DNA of 64,000 nt from the human T2T-CHM13v2.0 reference genome, Homo sapiens. The notes beneath the pieces were generated by a model. The model was not told the DNA's origin. It saw only the letters and a program-made list of their open reading frames with translations, and made no database searches. The stretch is from NCBI RefSeq assembly GCF_009914755.1, contig NC_060926.1, one strand, 5' to 3'. Positions 52,915 through 64,000 of the stretch are shown piece by piece; within the stretch, counting starts at the first letter, position 1; each line of letters opens with the position of its first letter. The translations under genes and the position numbers were made by a program.

Positions 52915-55863
52915 CATATTTTTTATTTCCATAGATTTTGGGGAACAGGTGGTGTTTGGTTACATGAATAAGTTCTTTAGTGGTGATTGCTAAAATTTTG
53001 GGACACCTGTCACCTGAGCAGTACACACTGTACCCAACTTGTAGTCTTTTATCCCTCATACCTCTCCCACCATTTCCCGAGTCCGCAAAGTCCACTGTAT
53101 CATTCTTAAGGCTTTGCAGCCTCATAGTTTAGTTCCATTTCTAAGTGAGAACATATGATGTTTGGTTTTCCATTTCTGAGTTACTTCACTTACCATCCAG
53201 GTTGCTGCAAATGCCATTATATTGTTCCTTTTTATGGTGAGTAGTATTCCATGGTGTATATATATATATATATATTTATATATACACATACATATATACA
53301 CACACACATACCATGAATTCTTTATCCACTCACTGATGATGGGCATTTGGGTTGGTTCCATATTTTTGCAATTGCAAATTGTGTTGCTATAAACATGAAT
53401 GTGCAGGTATCTATTTGGTATAATGACTTATTTTCCTCTGGGTAAATACCCAGTAGTCAGATTGCTGGATCAAATGGTAATTCTACTTTTAGTTCTTCAA
53501 GGAATACCCACAATGTTTTCCATAGTGGTTGTAATAGTTTACATTCCCATCAGCAGTGTGAAAGTGTTCCCTTTTCACCAAATTCCCTCCAAAATCTATT
53601 ATTTTTAAATTTTTTTTAATTTTGGCCATTCATGCAGGAGTAAGGTGGTATCACATTGTGCTTCTCATTTACATTTCTCTGATTATTAGTAATGTTGATC
53701 TTTTTGCATATTTTTGTTGGCCCTTTGTATATCGTTTTTTGAGAATTGTCTATTCATGTCCTTAGCCCACTTTTTGATGGGATTGTGTGTTTTTTTCTTG
53801 CTGATTTGTTTGAGTTCCTTGTAGATTCTGCATATTAGTCCTTTGTCAGATATATAGATTGGGAAGATTTTCTCCCACTCTGGGGGTTGTCTGTTTACTC
53901 TGCTGATTGTTTCTTTTGCTGTGAGGAAGCTTTTTCATTTAATTAAGTCCGATCTATTTATCTTTGTTTTTGTTGCATTTGCTTTTGGGCTCTTGGTCAT
54001 GAAGTCTTTGCCTAAGCCAATGTCCAGAAGGGTTTTCCTGATGTTGTCTTCCAGAATTTTTATGGTTTCAGATCTTAGATTGAAGACCTTGATCCATCTT
54101 GAGTTGATTTTTGTGCAAGGTAAGAGATGAGGATCCAGTTTCATTCTTTTACAGGTGGCTTGCCAATTATCCCAGCATCATTTGTTGAATAGGGTGTTCT
54201 TTCCCCACTTTATGTTTTTGTTTGCTTTGTTAAAGATCAGTTGCCTGTAAGTATTTGGCTTTATTTCTGGTTTATTTATTCTGTTTCATTGGTGTACGTG
54301 CCTATTTTTATACCAGTACCATGCTGTTTTGGTGAATGTTTGAAGTCAGGTAATGTGATGCCTCCAGATTTGTTCTTTTCGCTTTGGCTATGTGGGCTCT
54401 TTTTGGTTTCATATGAATTTTAGGATTGTTTTTTCTAGTTCTGTAAAGAATGGTGGTGGTATTTTGATGGGAATTGCATTGAATTTGTGGATTGCTTTTG
54501 GCAGTATAGTCATTTTCACAATATTGACTCTATTCATCCATGAGCATGGGATATGTTTCCATTTGTTTGTGTCATCTATTTCTTTCAGCAGTGTTTTGTA
54601 GTTTACCTTGTAGAGGTCTTTAACCTCCTTAGTTAGGTATATTCCTAAGTATTTTACTTTTCTTGCAGCTATTATAAAAAGGGTTGAGTTCTTGATTTGA
54701 TTCTCAGCTTGGTCTCTGTTGGTGTATAGCAGGGCTACTGATTTGTGTACATTAATTATGTATCCTGAAACTTTGCTGAATTCATTTATTAGTTCTAGGA
54801 GCTTTTTGGAGGAGTCTTTAAGGTTTTGTAAGTATACAATCATATTATCAGCAAACAGCAACAGGCTGACTTCCTCTTTATTGATTTGAATGGTCTTTCT
54901 TTCTCTTGTCTGATTGCTCTGGCTAGGACTTCCAGTACCAACTGAATGGAAGTGGTGAGAGTGGGCACCCTTGTCTTGTTCCAGTTCTCAGAGGAAATGC
55001 CTTCATCTTTTCCCTGTTCAGTATTATATTGGCTGTGAGTTTGTCATAGATGGCTTTTATTACATTAAGGAGTGTCCCTTCTATGCTGATTTTGCTGAGG
55101 ATTTTAATCAAAAAGGGATGCTAGATTTTGTCAAATGCTTTTTCTGTGTCTATTGAGATGATCATGTGATTTTTGTTTTTAATTCTGTTTATGTGGTATA
55201 TCACATTTATTGACTTCATATGTTAAACCATCCCTGCATCTCTCGTATGAAAACCACTTGATCATGGTGGATTGTCTTTTTGATATGCTGTTGGATTTGG
55301 TTAGCTAGTTTTGTGTTAGGGATTTATGCATCTATATTCATCAGGGATATTGGTCTGTAGTTTTTTGTTTTGTCCTTTCTTAGTTTTGGTATTAGGGTGA
55401 TACTGGCTTCATAAAATGATTTAGGGAGGATTCCCTCTTTATCTTGGAAATTGTGTAAATAGAATTGGTATCAATTCATCTTTGAATGTCTGATAGGATT
55501 CAACTGTGAATCCATCTGGTCCTGGACTTTTTTTGGCAATTTTTTTAAATTAACATTTCAATCTCACTGTTATTGGTCTGTTCAGAGTTTCTAATCCTTC
55601 CTGGTTTAATCTAGAAGGGTGTATATTTCCAGGAATTTATTAATCTCTGCTAGGTTTTCTAGTTTATATGCATAAATGTGTTCATAGTAGTCTTGAATGA
55701 TCGTTTGTATTTCTGTGGTATTGGTTGTAATATCTCCCGTTTTGTTACTAATTAAGCTTATTTGGATCTTCTCTCTTCTTTTCTTGGTTAATCTTGCTAA
55801 TGGTCTATCAATTTTATTTATCCTTTCAAAGAACCAGCTTTTTGTTCCATTTATCTTTTGTAT
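52915..55863 (-). mobile_element. L1PB1-like, 5'-truncated (~2.9 kb)
   Basis: ttttggggaacaggtggtgtttggttacatgaataagttctttagtggtgat 3' end; ORF2 RT remnants [10 protein letters not shown] and [12 protein letters not shown]; TSD taaaattcgcatattt / taaaactcatatattt. Confidence 0.93.
53256..53310. repeat. (TA)n(CA)n microsatellite inside L1PB
   Basis: Read directly. Confidence 0.9.
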
Positions 55864-58800
55864 TAAAACTCATATATTTAAAAGTGAGAAAGGTTAAGGG
55901 ACCTAAATGGAATGGAAACTACAGACCAGTATCCCTGTACACTTACTTGAGTAGTACGACATTGAGATATCTTCATTTATATCTAAATCCATATTAGCAG
56001 AGATCCAGAGCAACAACTACAAAGATTATACAAAAGATACACTGTTATATACTGCAAGGAAACACTAAAAATAAATCAAGATGGAATCTCCAAAATGTTC
56101 AAGATCCCACTAAAAGACAAGGAAAGACAGACATAGGAATGAGGAAACAGACAAGACAATCAGAAAACAAATAATAAAATGGTAAATTTAAGCTTTAAAA
56201 TGGTAATAAGTACCTTCAATATAAACGGTCTAAACACACTACTCAAAAGATGGAAATTGGCAGAGTGGATAAAAAGCATAATCATGTTCATGTATATGCC
56301 ATTTGCAAGAAATTCACTTAAAATTCAATAACATAGGAGGGTGGAAAAGAAAATGGAAACACACACACATACACACACACACACAATACCTTTTAAACAA
56401 TCAGAAAACCCAAGCAGAATTGGCACTATTAATATCAGATGAAAAGATTTCAGAGCAAAGAAAATTACCACAGACAAATAAAACGTTACGTAACGATAAA
56501 AGAATCAATCCACCAAGAAGAGATTACAATTTGATTTGTGTACACACAGAACAACAGAGCCTCAAAACATGTGAAGCAAAAATTCAAAGATGAAAGACGA
56601 AATAGACAATTCCACAATTATAACTGGGGACTTCAACACTGTTTTCAGCAATTGATAGAATTAGTACATGCAAATCAGCAGGAATACAGAAATTCTGAAA
56701 AATACAATCAACCAACAGGATCTAAATGACACACCTGGGACACTTCACTCAACAATAGCAAAAAACATAATTTTTTCAAATGCCGTGGAACATTCACCAA
56801 TACATACCATATCTGACCATAAAACAAATGTCAACAATTTAAATGCATTGGTATCACATTGAGTGTATCCTCTAACCATAATGTAATAGGTAGTCAATAA
56901 TGGAAAGACCACAGTAAAATACCTAAGTATGTGGAAATTAAACATCACCCTTCTAAATAATTAAAGGATCAAAGAGAAAGTCTCAAAGGAAAGGAAAAAA
57001 ATGCATTGGACTAAAAGGAAAGGAAAATAAAACATAAAAATATTTGGTGCATAGCAAAGCAGTGTGGAGAGGGAAACTTGTCACACTCAGTGCTTACATT
57101 AGAAATGAAGAAAGGTCTTAAATCAATACTATAAGTTACTACATAGAGAGACTAGAAAAAGGACAAAAACTGAAAGCAAGCAGGAGAAGGAAATAAAGAG
57201 CAGAAATCAATGAAATTGAACATAAGAAAACAATAGAAAACATCAATGAAACAAAAAGCTGGTTATTTTTTAAAAATCAATAACATTGATCAACCTCTAG
57301 GAAGGCTGAAGAAAATAAAAGTGAGAAGACATAAATCACCAATATCAGAAATAAAATGTAATACATCATTACAGATCATGCAGTCATTAAAAGAATCTGA
57401 AGGGAATCCTATGAACAACTTTGCACTATTGAACTTGACAACTTAGTAGAAATAGACCAATTCCTTGAAAACCACAAGCAACTAAAACTCAATCTAGATG
57501 AAATAAATGATCTAAATTGTTAATATACCATTAAAGAAATGTAATTTATAATTTAAAAGCCCTCTAAAAAATTTTCCAGACTCAAATTTCTTCACTGGTG
57601 ATTTCTACCAAAATTTAAAAATTAACAGAAATTTTACACAATCTTTTCCAGAAAATAGAGAGAACACTTCCCACAGCAATTTATAAGGCCAGTTTCAGAC
57701 TCATACCCCAAACAGACAAAGATGGTATAAAAAAAGAAAACAAAATGAACTTAAATCCTCAAGAAAACAGTAGCACATATAACACATAATATATATATGA
57801 AAGTATACATTATGACCAAGTGGAATTTATTTCAGGTACATAAGTCTCTATGTATTCTTTAAATTTCCTTTGAACATTTGAATATCCATAGGAAATCTAT
57901 CATATCAATAAGCTAAAGAAGAAAAATTATATAATATGATAATATCAGTTGATACAGAAAAAGCATTTAACAAAATCTGACATTTATTCCTGATAAAACC
58001 TCTCAGAAAATTAGAAATAAAGAAAAATTATTTCAACTTGATAAAGAACTAATAAGTTAGTTTGGCAAAATCACAGGGTCCAAGAGCAACACACGAAAGT
58101 CAATTACAGTTTTATATAATAACATGGAACATGAGGAAATTAAAATAAAAAAATACAATTTACAATAAATCCAAAGAATGCTTAACAAACATGTACGGGT
58201 TCTGTGTGCTAGAAATTACAAATTTCTGATAGAAGAAATAAAAGAAGACCTAAATAAATTGAGAGACCTAATATATTTGTGGATTGGAAGGTTCAACTGT
58301 GCCCAAACTGATCTATAGATTTAATATAATTCCTATTAAAATCACAGCAAGAATTTCTTAAATGTAGGTAAGTTTATTTTTAAAATTATATAAAACCAAT
58401 GCCCTAGAGTGGCTGAAGCAATCCTGGCTAGGGCTAGTAAAGCACAAGTCACTCTACCCAATAGTAAGTCTAATAATATAGCTACCTTAATAATGCAATG
58501 GAAACATGAAAAAGACATGAAAAGATAGTTAATAGAAAGGCAAGTGGCAAATAAACTATAAAAAGATTGTCAATGTTACAAGTAATTTAGTAAATATAAT
58601 AGAAAAAGATGTTATATTTTACTTAAATTGTCAAACATTCAAAAGTTTGTCAATAACTGCATGAGAAAATACATACTCTTATAAACTTTCTATAGAACCC
58701 TAATTTTCTATTACTTCTTTGGAGAGCGCCTTATCAATATCTTTGAACTTTAAAATATGCATGTGCTTTTTAGAGTTTTTGTTTGTTTTCTTCTAGTCCT

Positions 58801-58946
58801 TCTGTTATTTCCTTTTCCTATAGGGCTGGTGGTTGTAATTCTGTTTATCTATGATAAGAATTGTATTGTTGTTGTTGTTGTTTTTTTTTTTTTGTAGGAG
58901 GGCTTCCTCAAATATTTCAGAGTGAGACAATAAAAAGTTGTTTATA

Positions 58947-59269
<323 letters not shown>

Positions 59270-59939
59270 TTATTCTTTAATAATGATAGTCTGTCAAAGT
59301 GTGAAGTCTTTCCTCTAGAATATTTTCAATTTTTAGAGAAGGAAATTTTAAAATATTTTTCTATAGCTGAAGACGTTCTCTGAAAAAAAAAAAAAAAAAT
59401 AGGGTGTAGTGGGAGGGAGAGCCCTCCATACACAGACTTTCAATTCATCCCCCTAGTTTCAGCCCAATGCCGCTCTCACATCTTTATTTTTCTGCTTTCT
59501 ATTTTCCTCCTCAGCTTTGTGTCTCTTTTCTGTTTTCTGCAAGGTAAATTGGCTCATTCTTTGGATTTATCTGTCTCTGTGGTTTTCCATGTACTGCTTT
59601 AGCAATTTCTACTGTTCCATCAGCTCTGTAGAAATATGTTCTGATCACTCCTATCATACAGACCATCTCTTTGTAAAAAAAATTATTCATTATGTTTTTA
59701 AATGATTTTAGGACTCTTTATTATTGCTCTACAGAGGCCTCTGAGGCGGCAGGATATGAGGCTTATCTGTTTTTTAAAAATATACATTTAGAGGTTCCAT
59801 TAACATACGAATAATCTTTCCTCATATTTTTTTCCATATGCACTCGTTTTTTCTTTTATTAGAAACATAAAACTAAGTCCACAGTAAATTTAGTTTTTGT
59901 AAGCAATTTTGTGGAGATGGAAAGTATCTTCCAGGAAAA

Positions 59940-62470
59940 TTCAGTCCCTAAAGCAAGAAACCAGAGTCTTCTCCTGGCAGTCTATCTCTGCTGGCAAAAT
60001 TAGAGAAAATACGAAATAAAAAAGGAAAAATACATAAGAATGACTCTAATATTGATTCTATATACATTGTCCTTTACATTGAATTTCGTATTATTTTATT
60101 ATATAATAAATGAGAAGAATGACAGCACAATACAAAGGCAAATTAGGAAAAAATGAATAGAAAGGCAATTAGAGACTCCAGGGAAAACTGAAAGCTACAC
60201 AAGAAGGAATAAAATCAAATGAAAATAAAGGAAACAAAAATGGAAGACTAGCTCTGTTATGAAATATTTATATTGTCAAAATAATGAAACATTTTTATTG
60301 ATTTATTTATAAAATATATTTGTTTATTTTAAACTTTTAAAGATAATTTTATAAAAAGTATAAAAAATAGGACTACATTTATACGAAAAAAATACAATAT
60401 AATTAACCTTGATAGTGCAAAAGAAAAAAATTCTGATACTAGAAGTTGAAAAGATATTGAGGGAGAGTAGTTAGAGAGCTAAAGATAATTAGGCTTTACT
60501 ACAAACCTCATTTTGTAAAGTGAGGTGTAGTAAAAAAGAAAATAAAGATATTAATTGCCATAGTAAAATACCTAATATTTCAAATCTTATCAACAAAATA
60601 ACTTAGAGATAGATCTACACTGGAATCTTTTAAGTAAACAGAAGATAGCAATATAAATATGTTAAAATCAATAAACAAGACCAACGGGTTGAAGCATATT
60701 ATCTAGACAAGTGAAAATAAGTATCAGAAAAAAAAAGTTAACAGAGTTATAAGCGTTTACTCCTAGAGAATGGGATTTGATGGCAAGAAGTAGCATGGGA
60801 GGGAGGCGGCCGGGCGCAGTGGCTCACGCCTGTAACCCCAGCGCTTTGGGAGGCCAAGGCGGGCGGATCACGAGGTCAAGAGATCGAGACCATTCTGGCT
60901 AACATGGTGAAACCCCATCTCTACTAAAAATACAAAAAACATTAGCCAGGCGTGGAGGCGGCGCCTGTAGTCCCAGCTTCTTAGGAGGCTGAGGCAGGAG
61001 AATGGCGTGAACCCAGGAGGAGGAGCTTGCAGTGAGCCGAGATCGCACCACTGCCCTCCAGCCTGGGCCACAGAGTGAGACTCCATCTCAACAACAACAA
61101 CAACAAGAAGTATGGGAGGGAGGCAGATAATAATATTTTTGAACCTGTGTACTTAATTACTTTAACTAAATATAAAAGTGATCTAAAACCTATGTTCATT
61201 TATTTACAAGAATAATTGTGTGGTTTCACTGTGATTTGAAGGTTTTTTGTTCCCATAATGACAGAGAAATATATAAATCTTTTAAGAGAATTTGAAAAAT
61301 AGAGAAAATTTCAAAATATATGAATACTTAGCATATTATTAACGTCCTGTTATTTGTCTACCTTATTCTTAGCACAAATATGTATTTTATAAAACTTGTA
61401 TTAAAAGCTCTTTTTAAAAAATCCTGTCTTGAATATTTTTATATTAATAGTTTATAAAAACAGGTTTTAATTAAACTTATTGTATTACTTTATATAATAA
61501 TTTAACTAATCATTGATTGTTAGGCTTTTTTCTTTTAAAAATACCTTTCTTAACAAATATTTTTATGGTTAACCATGATTATTCCTCAGGACAAATTTCT
61601 ACATGTTATTGTCATCTAGCCAGCCGCTCTTCATAAAGATTGTATGAATACATATTCTCAACTAAAGTGCACGCTATAACTATATCTATGTAACCTCATT
61701 CACACAAGTTAATGAGATTATTTTAATCTTTGCAAAATTTAATAGGGAACAGGCATCTTCTTACAGTTCTTTGAAAACTAGTAATAGGCTGATTTTGTGT
61801 GTGCATTGGCCATTTTTAATTTTTTGAAATTATCTTTTTTATATTGACTTGCACAATTTTTATATTGATTTATAAGTATTATTTTCATACTAGTTTGTAA
61901 GACTTCTTTACATATTAAGGGTATTAGCAGATCTTAAAAATGATTAATAAAATGTAAGCATGGTAATATAATGGACCACATTTATAAAACAGACTCTTAG
62001 GAAGGAGGAGATGTTTATGGGTCCTGTTAGAATTGGGAACTCATATTCTGATGCTGGACAGGGAACTGGGGAGTCTGAAAGAGGTTAACAGAAGGAGGTT
62101 TTTAGCTTTATTAAACATCCCTTTGCAGAGGATGACTTAATTTGAATTTCCTAGTTGGCTGGAAGCTATATGTTGATATTTAGTTGGTTCTAGGGAAATA
62201 AGTACAATATTTCCTGCATATGTTAATTTATGGACTGTGACCTAAACCCACTATGTTGATTATATAAGCATATGTTCCATAATTTCATGGAAAGATTTTG
62301 TGAAGACAGGCCTTGACAACTCTTGATAATTGCTACTTCTGAGAAGTGGCATGGAATCTAGGGACGTAAGATAGAATGGAACTCACTATTTATCGAAAAC
62401 ATGTTTGTAATGTTCAGTTTTGTTAAACCAAACTGAACATTTAATTTTTCATTAGCTGTATAATAGAAAA
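59940..62470. mobile_element. Very old L1ME-like fragments in both orientations
   Basis: A-rich block 59940-60790, T-rich block 61270-61930 (ttggccatttt..., tttgtaagacttctttacatattaagg), 3'-end-like 62290-62460. Confidence 0.45.
60808..61104 (+). mobile_element. AluY with (AAC)n tail
   Basis: ggctaacatgg, gagaatggcgtgaaccc, gagcttgcag; TSD aagaagta(gca)tgggagggaggc. Confidence 0.93.
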
Positions 62471-62811
62471 TTAAAAATGGAGACCTCCATATACCACATA
62501 TTTACAAATTATACAATATGCATGTTTATTCATCGTATTATATGAACAGTATATATGAATATCCATATTTTAATATTTGAAATAGCTATTTTTATAGCTT
62601 TAAAAAATTATGTTTAAGGTTTGCAATACATTTTCATACTATGAATCTGCATTTTGTACTAATTGTTGGTTTTTTAATGTTTGCCATAGGAAGGATATTT
62701 TATTAAATGAAGGGCATGTAATGTTCTTAATAACAGACAAACGGCCTGCTATTTAAATATATCTGGAGAGAGGGTATGAAGAAATACACTGATTTTAACT
62801 GCTCTTAATTT

Positions 62812-62872
62812 TCTCTCTCTCTGTATCTCTCTATCGTTCCTTTATCTCTATCTCTGTCTCTATCCATCTCTG
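62812..62872. repeat. Degenerate (TC)n / (TATCTC)n tract
   Basis: Read directly. Confidence 0.8.
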
Positions 62873-63276
62873 CTTACCAAGCGTAATACTCTTGTTGAGA
62901 TGAAGAAAAAATGCCCCCTTTTTGGCTTCCTGATCCCACCTTTCATCTGTCTTTAGAATTCAACAGGCATAGAAAAAGTTATATTTTCATGGATGCTACT
63001 GACACTTTTCAGCCAAAATGGGCTAATCCTTATTCTTCTCTTGAACAGAGGCGAACAACTGTCCATGCTTTCTGAAGCTGGAGCTAGAATATATATATAA
63101 ATTTAAAGACACTTTTCATTCACATGAGCTGCTTCTCTGTTAGATCCTTTTGTGCCACGAGATGACTACCAGGCAACAACATCCAAATGCTTGTTTCAGG
63201 ATAGCTTAACAAAAGGATTTCTCAAAGTCGCTTTACAAAAGATTTCATATACCACATATAACAAAAGCCATATTTA

Positions 63277-63597
63277 TTTTATTTATTTATTAATTCAGAG
63301 ATGGAGTCTTGCTCTGTCATCCAGGCTGGAGTGCAGTGCGTGATCTCGGCTCACTGTAACCTCCGTCTCCCGGGCTCAAGCGATTCTTCTGCCTCAGCCT
63401 CCCAAGTAGCTGGGATTACAGGTGGGTGCCACCACGCCCAGCTAATTTTTTGTAGTTTTAGTAGAGACAGGGTTTCACCATGTTGGCCAGGCTGGTCTTG
63501 AACTCCTGACCTGAAGTGAACTCCTGACCTGAAGTGATCTTCCTGCCTCGGCCTCCCAAAGGGCTGGGATTATAGGCATGGGCCACTGTGCCTGGCC
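63277..63597 (-). mobile_element. AluSx/Sz-like with internal 18-bp duplication
   Basis: Full dimer, antisense; TSD aaaa(g/a)ccatattta. Confidence 0.93.
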
Positions 63598-63798
63598 AAA
63601 AACCATATTTAAAGAGAAAAAAAGATAACCCATATTTTAAATGAATTTGTAAAACCTTTCTTTAAAATGAAACTCACAATAATCAGATTTTTATGTGGGT
63701 TGATATTATTCTACTAAATGTACTTTTTACCACCTAAATTTGATGAAAAAGAGGAAGAGGTTATCCATCAAATACAACTTTACCCATGAACATAAATC

Positions 63799-63825
63799 TG
63801 AGAGAGAGAGAGGGAGAGAGAGAGA
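63799..63825. repeat. (GA)n microsatellite
   Basis: Read directly. Confidence 0.85.
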
Positions 63826-64000
63826 AACAGACTGACTCAAAGAAAGGTGGCCAAATATTCATTCTTTGGCCAAGGCATGAAATTATATTTTGGCCTCATT
63901 ATAGATACAAAACCAAATCTCAAGGCAATGACAAGTATGATATTCTATGATACTTACTGGCTGGCCCTGTGTACACATAAATCAATAAAAAATTGATCAT

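Larger units (their letters stand above)
52625..58500 (+). mobile_element. Old L1 (L1MB/L1MC-like) ORF1/ORF2 relic, split by L1PB
   Basis: gaggacctgtgg...gagaactttccaaatttagtgaaaga...cctacagattcaagaa; A-rich ORF2 remnants from ~55880 (cagaaaaagcatttaacaaaat). Confidence 0.8.

Overview
AT-rich, CpG-poor, repeat-dense primate genomic DNA, most likely human because it carries a very young AluYa5-lineage copy. It looks intronic or intergenic. I find no credible protein-coding exon, tRNA, rRNA or CpG island. The supplied ORFs are Alu-, L1- or MaLR-derived, low-complexity, or chance ORFs. The window is a mosaic of about 15 Alu/FRAM copies, L1PA/L1PB/L1M fragments, L2, MIR and CR1 relics, MaLR LTR elements (MSTA, THE1B, a full-length THE1D, several MLT1) and DNA transposons (two MER20, MER1B, MER63A, MADE1). 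The most notable items are: a two-LTR ancient MLT1 provirus whose 3' LTR keeps CpGs and a CTCF-like motif; an ~80-bp locally templated insertion inside an LTR; a three-level nested insertion including a twin-primed inverted L1; a possibly polymorphic AluYa; and a MADE1 hairpin of the miR-548 type. I see no evidence for a new multi-gene system. Subfamily calls are from recalled consensus sequences and need RepeatMasker/Dfam confirmation; boundaries of old repeats are approximate.
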